From IMG/VR virus record IMGVR_UViG_2645727714_000001, positions 1 to 64,000 of that record: a stretch of 64,000 nt of DNA. One strand, given 5' to 3'. Positions 56,617-64,000 of this stretch are shown in pieces; within the stretch, counting starts at the first letter, position 1, and each line of letters opens with the position of its first letter. The position numbers and the translations under genes were made by a program. The notes below the pieces were generated by a model. It did no database searches. It saw nothing but the letters and a program-made list of their open reading frames with translations, and had not been told where the DNA came from. The stretch comes from a virus (taxonomy: Duplodnaviria > Caudoviricetes).

Positions 56617-56882
56617 GCCTCCTCCTGCTCGGTGCATACCCGCAGCGCCTCGTGCAGCAGGCCGCGGAGCTGCCACAGCGGCATCTGCTCGTCGCGGCAG
56701 TGGATCTGCACCATGGCCAGCGGCCCTACCCCGTCCACCCGCGTCCACGCGGAGACCGCCACCCAGTGGGTCAGCACCCCGCCCGCCACGTACGGGACGG
56801 CGTCCGGGTTCTGCTCGGCCTGCGCCGCCAGGTCCGCGGTCAGTGCGTCCTCGATGGCCGCAGCTGGCATCGATAGGCTCAC
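56613..56882 (-). CDS. Hypothetical protein
   Basis: GAGGAG RBS; MPLWQLRGLL. Confidence 0.55.
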   Translation of the reverse strand: MSLSMPAAAIEDALTADLAAQAEQNPDAVPYVAGGVLTHWVAVSAWTRVDGVGPLAMVQIHCRDEQMPLWQLRGLLHEALRVCTEQEEA

Positions 56883-56893
56883 GAGTTCTCCTC

Positions 56894-58450
56894 TCAGGCG
56901 TAGGTGCTGGCCGAGCCGGACGGCCCGCTCGGCTTCTTTCGATCAAGGAAGAACCAGACTCCGGTCCCGGTGGCATCGACCACGTCGTCCGTCAGGCCGC
57001 GCGGGTAGGCGAGCATCTCCGTCTCCGCCGCGGGCAGCCGCCGGGCGTGCACCACCTCGGGCAGGCCGTCCGCGCACCGGCGCTGGTAGTGGTTCAGCGT
57101 CCGGGCCGCGCGGAAGTCCTTCGGCTCGGACTGGTGCACAGTGATCACCCGCACCGGCAGGTCGTGCAGGATTTCCAGCCAGGCCTCGCCGCCCTGGTTG
57201 GTCTCGATCAGCACCGCGCCCACCTCCGGGTGCCGCGCGAGCACGCCCAGCACAGTGGTGCGCAGGTCCGCGGGGGGCAGGCGCAGCGAGGCGGCGTAGC
57301 GCACCACGCACCGGCGGATCTTCGGCGCCGGCCGGGCCAGCCCCACCACCGCCAGGCCGTAGGGGTGGGAGGCGGTCTTGGAGGTGGTGGCCGGGTCGAT
57401 CGAGAGCAGCGCCCGCACCAGCGGCGGGTCCGCGTAGACGATGTCCCCCGGCCCCCAGTAGTCCCCGTCCAGCGAGACGGGCTGGTTGGCGAAGTTCTTG
57501 GCGTACGAGCGCGTGTGCTCGATGGACTCCAGGTAGGCCAGCGTCCACTTGCCCGGCCAGCACGAGCGGCGCGTGCCGTCTCCCCGGTCCACGATCGGCG
57601 CGAAGTGGTGCACCGCGAACCGCTCGGCCGCGAGCCGTTCGTCCAGCTCCGCCTCGGGCTCGGTGATGGTCCGCACGAGCTGGTGGATGATCGATCCGGC
57701 CATCACCACCGTGCCCACCACGACCACCCGCGCGAAGGCGTTGAGCGGCAGGATCGCGTCCACGATCGCGACCAGGCGCTTGCTGGCCTGGTACGCGCTG
57801 TACGTGCCCTCGTGGGGCTCGACGTCGTCCAGCACGAGCAGGTCTGGCCGCAGCGCGCCCACCTTCATGCCGAGCACGCCCGCGTCGATGCCTCGCGCGG
57901 CGAACACGAAGCCGCCGCGCTGCTGGATCATGTGCTGGGTGTCGGCCACGGTGGTGCCTCGGGGCCGCGTGGCCGGGGCGCACAGGTCCGGGTAGTCCTG
58001 CCGCAGCAGCGTGTTGGTCTCCAGCTCCCGGCGGAAGGTGTCCAGGTGCTGCTCGGCCTGCACCCCGGCATCGGCGAACGCGGCGATGAACCGCACCCAC
58101 CCGTGCGCGGCGGCCCACAGCGGCAGGATCAGGAACAGGAGAGTGGTCTTGCCCGCGTTGCGCGGGGCCACCCAGACGTCCCGGTGCTCCGCTGGGCTGG
58201 ACGGCGGCAGTGCCCACGTGCGCGCGTGCCGGAACAGCGCGAGGTGGAAGTCGGCGAACGTGATCTCCCCGTTGGTCTCGTCCCCGCGCAGGTGGTGCGG
58301 GCAGTACAGCAGCGCGAAGAGAAGGGGCGAGAGGCGTGTGAGCGTGCGTCGCCCCTCCGGGCTGGCCAGCAGCCGCTCGTCGAACGTGGCGAGCCACCCC
58401 TCCAGGTCGAACGTCTCCGCGTCCGCGTCCGGGCTGTACGGGTCTGCCAC
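56894..58450 (-). CDS. Terminase large subunit
   Basis: APRNAGKTT Walker A, RPDLLVLDD Walker B, SIDPA, IETNQGG, DDVVDA; start approximate. Confidence 0.93.
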   Translation of the reverse strand: MADPYSPDADAETFDLEGWLATFDERLLASPEGRRTLTRLSPLLFALLYCPHHLRGDETNGEITFADFHLALFRHARTWALPPSSPAEHRDVWVAPRNAGKTTLLFLILPLWAAAHGWVRFIAAFADAGVQAEQHLDTFRRELETNTLLRQDYPDLCAPATRPRGTTVADTQHMIQQRGGFVFAARGIDAGVLGMKVGALRPDLLVLDDVEPHEGTYSAYQASKRLVAIVDAILPLNAFARVVVVGTVVMAGSIIHQLVRTITEPEAELDERLAAERFAVHHFAPIVDRGDGTRRSCWPGKWTLAYLESIEHTRSYAKNFANQPVSLDGDYWGPGDIVYADPPLVRALLSIDPATTSKTASHPYGLAVVGLARPAPKIRRCVVRYAASLRLPPADLRTTVLGVLARHPEVGAVLIETNQGGEAWLEILHDLPVRVITVHQSEPKDFRAARTLNHYQRRCADGLPEVVHARRLPAAETEMLAYPRGLTDDVVDATGTGVWFFLDRKKPSGPSGSASTYA

Positions 58451-58473
58451 CCGCGGGCGCTCCAGCAGGGCGG

Positions 58474-58632
58474 TCAGCGCGCCTTCCCCTTCCCCTTGCT
58501 CTTCTTGATCGCGACGAGCTGCTTCACCGCGGCGGCACGGGAGGAGTGGTCGGCCTTCTTGCCGGCAGTCTCGCCGGTGCCCTTCTTCACCACCCGGTGC
58601 TTGCCGCCGCGTTTGGAGATCCGGTACGGCAC
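58474..58632 (-). CDS. Small Lys-rich protein
   Basis: PYRISKRGG...HSSRAAAVKQL.AI. Confidence 0.55.
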   Translation of the reverse strand: MPYRISKRGGKHRVVKKGTGETAGKKADHSSRAAAVKQLVAIKKSKGKGKAR

Positions 58633-58634
58633 GG

Positions 58635-59213
58635 CTACCCCTTCCCGCGCTCGGCGCTCTGGTGGTCCTCGTCCCTCCACTGCCGTGGCGTGCTGTCCGC
58701 GTGGTGCTCGCACAGCAGCAGCGCCCCCCGGCGGGCGTCCGACTCGTAGGCGCCGCGGCGTACCCCCGCCACGAATGCCAGGGCCGCCGGCTGCTCGCAC
58801 CAGCCGAGACCACACCGGTACGACGCTGGCGCCGGGGAGGCCTGCCATCCCATGCGCCACGACCAACGCACCCACAGGCCGGTCCGGCTGGGCCCGCCGG
58901 AGTCAGGGTCTGGGACGAACCGGACCATGCCCTCGGCGAGAGACTGCTCACCCTGGAGGTCCGGCACCTCCGGGAGGAAGAGGTACTCGGTCGCGGCCCG
59001 GCCGCCGAGCTCGGGCGGATAGCAGCCCGGGTCGACCGGTGGCAGGTCCGGGCTCTCCACCAGCACCAGCAGCGCCATCCGCATGAAGTCGGCCGACACC
59101 CCGGCCACCCGCATGCCGGCGGGCAAGGTCAGAAGCTGGGCGATCGTGTCCTCGTCGAGAGTGATCACGGCCCGGCCCGGACGCTCCTCCAGCTCGGTGT
59201 CCCGCTCACCCAT
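58635..59213 (-). CDS. Hypothetical protein
   Basis: Between the terminase subunits; C-terminal C/H cluster. Confidence 0.55.
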   Translation of the reverse strand: MGERDTELEERPGRAVITLDEDTIAQLLTLPAGMRVAGVSADFMRMALLVLVESPDLPPVDPGCYPPELGGRAATEYLFLPEVPDLQGEQSLAEGMVRFVPDPDSGGPSRTGLWVRWSWRMGWQASPAPASYRCGLGWCEQPAALAFVAGVRRGAYESDARRGALLLCEHHADSTPRQWRDEDHQSAERGKG

Positions 59214-59670
59214 CGGCGCGCCCTTCCTGGGTGCCCTGGCGCAGCGCCTCCTCCTCGACCGCGGTCCGCGCCTTGGCCTCACGAATCAGCGCGGCCAGCT
59301 CGATGTCGGCCGGGTCCACGCGGGTGACCTGCACGTCCACCTGCCCGCGCTCGCCCCACCGCTGGGTGTGCCGGCGAGACAGCCAACCCATCGCCGCGCG
59401 CCAGTCCCCCTCGGCCGCCGCTCGTTGGACCACCGTCAGCGCGCGGATCACAGCCTTGGCCTCGGCCTGCTCGTATTCGGCGACGAAGCGGGCGTGCGCG
59501 GTGTCCTCCTGACCCTCCGCGAGGTCCCGGCGGCCGGCGCGCAGCCAGCCCAGCAGCGTGTTCTCCGCGACCCCGGCGAAGCGCGCGGCCTCCACCTGGT
59601 AGGCGCCGATGCCGATGGCGTCGCAGATCCGGGCCTGGACCTCCGGGGTGAGCCCACTGGGCCGGGCCAT
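59206..59670 (-). CDS. Terminase small subunit (HTH type)
   Basis: MARPSGLTPE...IC.AI..G.Y...AA..AGV...TL..W, DWRAA..WL.RR...WG. Confidence 0.78.
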   Translation of the reverse strand: MARPSGLTPEVQARICDAIGIGAYQVEAARFAGVAENTLLGWLRAGRRDLAEGQEDTAHARFVAEYEQAEAKAVIRALTVVQRAAAEGDWRAAMGWLSRRHTQRWGERGQVDVQVTRVDPADIELAALIREAKARTAVEEEALRQGTQEGRADG

Positions 59671-60269
59671 CAGCCACCCCCGCCGATCAGCCCGCCGGCT
59701 CGCGCCGAGGCCCGGTGTTCGTCCAGCACCGTGCGCGCGTCCGTGCTCTGCGGAGTCCAGCGACCCTGCCAGGAGGCGGTCATGGTGAGCGCGGCAGGCT
59801 GTCGGATGCCGCGCACCGCCATGCACCCGTGGTGCGCGGTGATCACGCATCCGGCCCCCACCGGATCCAGCGCGCCGGACACCGCGGCGGCCACCTGGTA
59901 GGTGAGGGTCTCCTGCACCTGGAGCCGGCGCGCGGAGTCCTCCACCACCCGCGCGAGCTTGGACAGCCCCACCAAGCGGCCCTGCTCCCCGGGCCGGTAG
60001 GCGACGGTGGCGGTGCCGGTGATGGGCAGCAGATGGTGCGCGCAGGTGGTGGTCACGCGGATGCCGGACACCACCACCAGGTCGCCGGACGGCGGGCCAG
60101 TGAAGGTGGTGGCCAGGTGCCGCGCCGGGTCCTCGCCGTAGCCGGACAGCCGCTCCGCCCACGCGCGCGCCACTCGCCCGGGGGTGTCCCGGGTGTGGTC
60201 GTCCGCCTGTACCCCGAAGGCATCCAGCAGCTCGGCCACCGCCGCGGCGGCCCTGTCCAGGTCCATCAC
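59670..60269 (-). CDS. folE: GTP cyclohydrolase I
   Basis: DTPGRVARAW, CAHHLLP, VGLSKLAR, RRLQVQE, H.CM..RGI. Confidence 0.95.
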   Translation of the reverse strand: MMDLDRAAAAVAELLDAFGVQADDHTRDTPGRVARAWAERLSGYGEDPARHLATTFTGPPSGDLVVVSGIRVTTTCAHHLLPITGTATVAYRPGEQGRLVGLSKLARVVEDSARRLQVQETLTYQVAAAVSGALDPVGAGCVITAHHGCMAVRGIRQPAALTMTASWQGRWTPQSTDARTVLDEHRASARAGGLIGGGG

Positions 60270-60991
60270 CGGCCCCTTTCGTCGCCCCAGGCCAGGACGT
60301 GCAGGCGGTGGGTGGCGTTGAGGCCGTGCTCGGTGGCGGCCTGGGCCACCACGGGCCAGGTGGCGTCAAGCTCCGCCCGCGTGGTCCCGCGCGGCATCAC
60401 CCACACCCGCACGCCGGGCCAGCGTGTGCGGGAGGCCAGTGCGGCGGCCTGGGCCACCTCGGCCTCGTCCGCGCACACCACCTTCAGGTGCACCCCGGTG
60501 CCCTCCCAGGCCAGCGCTGGCCAGTCCGGGTGCAGGGCGGGGTCCTGGTGGCCGCGGTGCGGGCCGGCGCTGGGCAGCTTGGGGGAGACCACCCAGGCGG
60601 TCACGGAGGCCAGGCTGACCTCGTTGGGGCCGCGGGTGCCGTTGGTCTCCACGTGGATGGTGTGGCCGCGGTCGCGCAGCAGGTCCAGCAACCGAGCCCA
60701 CGCGGGGGAGTCCTGATGCAGCAGTGGCTCCCCACCGGTGATCACTACAATCGGCGTGCCCGCCTGCGCCGCCAGCGCCTCGGGTGAGGTGGGGGTGAGT
60801 TCCACCCGCAGGTCATAGCGCGACCCGTCCCAGGTGTACGCGGTGTCACACCAGGCGCACGAAAGATCGCATCCGCCGAGGCGGATGAACGTGGCCAGTC
60901 GGCCCGCGTGCGGCCCCTCTCCTTGCAGGGTTGGGCCGAAGACCTCTGACACCGGCAGGGTGGCCCCGCCGGCCCGCACCAGGGCCGTCAC
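60266..60991 (-). CDS. queE: 7-carboxy-7-deazaguanine synthase (radical SAM)
   Basis: EVFGPTLQGEG, RLGGCDLSCAWCDT, ITGGEPLL, VETNGT, VSPK, RLH. Confidence 0.95.
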   Translation of the reverse strand: MTALVRAGGATLPVSEVFGPTLQGEGPHAGRLATFIRLGGCDLSCAWCDTAYTWDGSRYDLRVELTPTSPEALAAQAGTPIVVITGGEPLLHQDSPAWARLLDLLRDRGHTIHVETNGTRGPNEVSLASVTAWVVSPKLPSAGPHRGHQDPALHPDWPALAWEGTGVHLKVVCADEAEVAQAAALASRTRWPGVRVWVMPRGTTRAELDATWPVVAQAATEHGLNATHRLHVLAWGDERGR

Positions 60992-61359
60992 GAGGTCTCC
61001 CGCCAGGTCGCCCAGGTCTTGGGCGTCTCGGACACCGCCACCGACACGGAGACCCCTTTGGGGATCTCCACCAGCCGGGGCACCAGGTTGGCCAGGAACC
61101 GGGCGAGGTTCTCCGCGGTCGGGTTGAACTCCAGCTCGTCGTTGAGGTGCCTGTGGTCCAGCACTCCGTCGATCCAGCGCTTCACCGGGGCCAGCGCGCC
61201 GTAGTCCACGACGAATCCGACCGTGTCCAGCTTCTCGGCGGACAGGATCACCCGCGCGACGTAGTTGTGGCCATGCAGTCGGGCGCACTGGTGCCCATCG
61301 GGCAGCCCCTCCAGCACGTGCGAGGCCGAGAAGGGGAAGTCCTTGCTGATCTCATACAT
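60988..61359 (-). CDS. queD: 6-carboxy-5,6,7,8-tetrahydropterin synthase
   Basis: F.FSASH, CARLHGHNY, LDHRHLND, PTAENLA, VSETP. Confidence 0.95.
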   Translation of the reverse strand: MYEISKDFPFSASHVLEGLPDGHQCARLHGHNYVARVILSAEKLDTVGFVVDYGALAPVKRWIDGVLDHRHLNDELEFNPTAENLARFLANLVPRLVEIPKGVSVSVAVSETPKTWATWRETS

Positions 61360-61360
61360 G

Positions 61361-62062
61361 TCATCTCCCCTCGGCGGCACCGACGGCACTGCGCCAAAAG
61401 TTGGGGTCGGCGTACTCCGTGGGGTCGAGCACGCCCGCGAGGTGGAGAGCCTCGGCGCGCTCGACGCAGGTTCCGCACCGGCCACAGTGCCGCTCGCCGC
61501 CCTCGTAGCAGGACCAGGTCAGCGCGACGGGAAGCCCGACCAAGCCGGCGATCCGGGCGATGTCAGCCTTGGAGGTGTGCACGTACGGTGCCTCGACGGT
61601 GACCGCACTGTCGGTGCCCCGCTGCGTAGCCTCGCTCGCCGCGGCGATGAACTCGGGCCGGCAGTCCGGGTAGATCGGATGGTCCCCAGTGTGGACGGCC
61701 GTCAGCACTCGGTCGCACCCGTGCGCCAGCGCGACGCCTGCGGCGGCCATGAGCAGGGTTGCGTTGCGGTTCGGCACCACCGTCGCCCGCATCGACTCCG
61801 CGGCGTAGTGCCCGTTCGGCACGCCCACCGCCGGGTCGGTCAGCGCGGAGCCGACCAGCAGCGAGCCCCAGGCAGTCAGATCGAGCACGAGGTGGGGCAC
61901 CGCGTAGTGCGCGGCGACCTCGGCGGCGGCACGCAGCTCCCGAGCGTGGCGCTGTCCGTAGTCGACCGACAGCGCCAGTCGCGCGGTGTTCTCCTTCGCC
62001 CGTTCGGCGAGCAGGGTGGAGGAGTCCAGCCCCCCGGACAGCAGGACAAGGTCACGCGGCAT
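61361..62062 (-). CDS. queC: 7-cyano-7-deazaguanine synthase
   Basis: LSGGLDS, DYGQRH, VVPNRN, YPDCRPEF, TWSCY.G...HCGRCGTCVER. Confidence 0.96.
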   Translation of the reverse strand: MPRDLVLLSGGLDSSTLLAERAKENTARLALSVDYGQRHARELRAAAEVAAHYAVPHLVLDLTAWGSLLVGSALTDPAVGVPNGHYAAESMRATVVPNRNATLLMAAAGVALAHGCDRVLTAVHTGDHPIYPDCRPEFIAAASEATQRGTDSAVTVEAPYVHTSKADIARIAGLVGLPVALTWSCYEGGERHCGRCGTCVERAEALHLAGVLDPTEYADPNFWRSAVGAAEGR

Positions 62063-63053
62063 CGGTGAGGCCCCTTCGGCGGCAGACGTGGCGACTTCCC
62101 CAGCGCCGCCAGATCGGTGGGTTCCAGGGAGCGACGCGGGCGGGGTCCTGTCCGAGAAGCGGCAGGGCACCCAGTCCGGCGCCGACGGGACGTCGCCCGT
62201 GCAGGTGAGCGTCGGCGGCGCTTGCGCCCTCGTAGTCGTTACCCGACACCGAGCTGAACAGGTGCGGTCCGCTGTTCGTGAACCGGACAGGTGGAGGGAC
62301 AGGGATCCATTGGCGCAAGGCCTCGTCGGCGGCGGCATAGGAGAGACTCATCGCCTTCATCAGGTCCTGGCGCCCGCCGGCCTTGCTGGGGAGGCGCCCG
62401 GCTCGGACCAGCGGGGCTAGGTCGATCTCGTGTTCCATGAGGTGCCGATGGGCGCGAAGTATCGCCGCATGGTCGGCTACGGTCACTTGGCGTACGTCGC
62501 GTCCGTCGAAGTAGGCAATCCCGCCATAGCGGAACTGCACTGAGATATTGGAAGCGTCCGCGGAGTATGGCCGAGCCCTACGCAGGACGCTCAGCGCCCC
62601 AACACCGAGGGCGTGGATGCCTCCGCCGAGACGTTCGGCTCGACGCTGGAGCATCCCGACCCGCGCCGTCTGTGCCTCGCCGGGCATGCCGACCAGCCCT
62701 CCGACACAGACGTAACCGACCTCGCGCACCATTGCGTCGAACTCGGCGAGAGAGTCGCCGCGAGTGAACACCGGCATAACCGGAAGTCCGCGGTCGTGCA
62801 GCTTACGGGTGTTGGCCCGGGTGGCCGCGGGGTCGCCGATGACGTCGAGGGTGATTGCGTGGTCCCAGTGGCCGCGCCACCGCTCCAGGTACCACGCATA
62901 CGCCCCCAGTTCAATCGGACGACCGCTGCTGTGAGCAGTGAAGGCGCCTGAGTCGATCATCATCTGACCGCACACGAGGTTCGTCCGAACGGCAGCGAGG
63001 TCGACGCTGGCGTTGAGCGCGTACGACAACAGCAGGTTGACGGACACGCTCAC
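62052..63053 (-). CDS. dpdA: DpdA/TGT-like deazapurine DNA transglycosylase
   Basis: MIDSGAFT, LDVIGD, PVF, VGGLVG, IHALG, YSAD (TGT catalytic Asp pattern); adjacent to the preQ0 genes. Confidence 0.78.
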   Translation of the reverse strand: MSVSVNLLLSYALNASVDLAAVRTNLVCGQMMIDSGAFTAHSSGRPIELGAYAWYLERWRGHWDHAITLDVIGDPAATRANTRKLHDRGLPVMPVFTRGDSLAEFDAMVREVGYVCVGGLVGMPGEAQTARVGMLQRRAERLGGGIHALGVGALSVLRRARPYSADASNISVQFRYGGIAYFDGRDVRQVTVADHAAILRAHRHLMEHEIDLAPLVRAGRLPSKAGGRQDLMKAMSLSYAAADEALRQWIPVPPPVRFTNSGPHLFSSVSGNDYEGASAADAHLHGRRPVGAGLGALPLLGQDPARVAPWNPPIWRRWGSRHVCRRRGLTDAA

Positions 63054-63784
63054 GTCCCGGCCAGGTCCAGCAGCACCCCGACGCGAGCCGCGTCGTCCGC
63101 ACCGTCCACCGAGCGCCAACGTGCATACAACTCGTGGGAGACCTGCGCGCGAATGACCGGCCAGGCCGCGCGGTCGGTGTCGTCGAGAACGGCCTGGTCC
63201 GCCTCGTCCCCGGAGATCGCAGGGGATTCGCCCCCATCCATCCCGGCCCCGGATGGCCCAGGAACAGCGCACAACGCCACGAGCGCGTCGAAGTGGGTGT
63301 CGTCCCATCCGGCGAGCCGGCGCAGTTCGGCGTCCGCGGAGTCGAGATCGGCCAGCAGTCCGGTGAGCGCAGGCTCGTCCCACCCGCCGCGCGTGGTCGC
63401 CTCGTTCAGCGCGACGCCGAGCGCCTCGGCCTCGGCATCCGAGCGGGACGACCAGCCGTGCTCCACCGGCATCCGCCAGGTGCCGTCCTCCCCGCGCACG
63501 ATGCCGTCCGGGGGGTCCTGGCCTTCGGCCTCCATCGCGCGCAGGGACTCCAGCCGCCCATGGCCGGCGATGATCCGCCCGGTGCGGCCGTCGTGCACTG
63601 CGGAGCCAGCGAACCCGAACCGCGTGATCAGGGCCTTGATGTGGTCGAGGTCGTGGGCCTTGGCGTTGCGCTCGGCCTCACGCACCTCACCCAGCGGCAC
63701 GTAGGCGATCCATCGGGGTGAGCCGCCCGCGCCCGCACTCAGCCCCGTTTCGGGTGCCTGCGGACCGCTATCAGCTCTCGCCAT
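63050..63784 (-). CDS. ParB/Srx-like N-terminal domain protein
   Basis: RNAKAH, I.RFGF, IIAGHGRLE, A..VALN..T..GGWDE..L..LL. Confidence 0.8.
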   Translation of the reverse strand: MARADSGPQAPETGLSAGAGGSPRWIAYVPLGEVREAERNAKAHDLDHIKALITRFGFAGSAVHDGRTGRIIAGHGRLESLRAMEAEGQDPPDGIVRGEDGTWRMPVEHGWSSRSDAEAEALGVALNEATTRGGWDEPALTGLLADLDSADAELRRLAGWDDTHFDALVALCAVPGPSGAGMDGGESPAISGDEADQAVLDDTDRAAWPVIRAQVSHELYARWRSVDGADDAARVGVLLDLAGT

Positions 63785-63868
63785 GTCTCTGCCTACTTCC
63801 CTCGCGGCGGATGACAGCGCAGTGTAATGCTATGAGTACGGACGGGTGTCGAAGGTAGGGGGCTCGCC

Positions 63869-64000
63869 ATGTCGGGACGGGCGCAGGCGGCCGTGGCTGC
63901 GGTGGTGTTCACGGGGGCGGTCGCTCTCGCGGTGGTTGTGCTCGTGCGGGACGGTGACCTGAACTCGGTGGCCACCGCGGTCGGCATTGCCACCGCGGCG
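63869..64000 (+). CDS. Membrane protein, 3'-truncated by the window end
   Basis: MSGRAQAAVAAVVFTGAVALAVVVLV; divergent from the late operon. Confidence 0.45.
   Translation, partial: MSGRAQAAVAAVVFTGAVALAVVVLVRDGDLNSVATAVGIATAA

Larger units (their letters stand above)
1..64000. mobile_element. Prophage or phage-plasmid-like element combining a siphovirus virion module with a TraB/Spd-type transfer module; ends not visible
   Basis: Complete virion gene set at 34.6-59.7 kb; phage/plasmid replication, ArdC and TraB-like genes at left; no housekeeping genes recognised in the window. Confidence 0.8.

Noticed and set aside
56462-59086. 874-aa plus-strand ORF (likewise 31023-33416 and 53783-55807)
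   Set aside because: Shadows of terminase, early and portal genes; low-complexity Arg/Gly/Pro translation
59670-62062. Host queuosine tRNA-modification operon
   Set aside because: No queF/queA/queG or preQ1 riboswitch seen; genes are embedded in the phage packaging operon next to a dpdA-like gene
1-64000. CRISPR array, tRNA/rRNA, IS transposase, reverse transcriptase/DGR
   Set aside because: No regularly spaced repeats, cloverleaf, DDE or YxDD RT motifs recognised by eye; a tRNAscan/Infernal run would be needed to fully exclude RNAs

Overview
High-GC actinobacterial mobile element that fills the whole window. The host may be Frankia-like; this is inferred only from GC content, an EAD1-like domain and a TraB/Spd-type transfer pair. 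The right half (63.8 to 34.6 kb, minus strand) is one apparently intact siphovirus late operon. It opens with a ParB-like gene and a full 7-deazaguanine DNA-modification cluster (dpdA-like, queC, queD, queE, folE) that is translationally coupled to the small terminase. It continues through large terminase, portal, MuF-like protein, scaffold, capsid, a ~5-kb block of fibre/repeat proteins, head-tail genes, major tail, a frameshifting chaperone pair, tape measure and minor tail genes. The left half holds a replication module (SF2 helicase, two DUF3987 proteins around an AT-rich hairpin region, an Hjc-like nuclease) and anti-defence candidates (NADAR, XF1762/Mom-like GNAT, ArdC, NUDT9-like Nudix). 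It also holds a mycelial-type conjugation pair (DUF2637/Spd-like protein and a TraB-like FtsK translocase, followed by YggT), many small paralogous genes, a membrane HNH nuclease and a glycosyltransferase/methyltransferase pair. A lower-GC EAD1 + DUF2335-like cassette is inserted antisense between scaffold and capsid. I recognised no integrase, endolysin, tRNA or CRISPR array. All family calls come from motif recognition by eye, not database searches.
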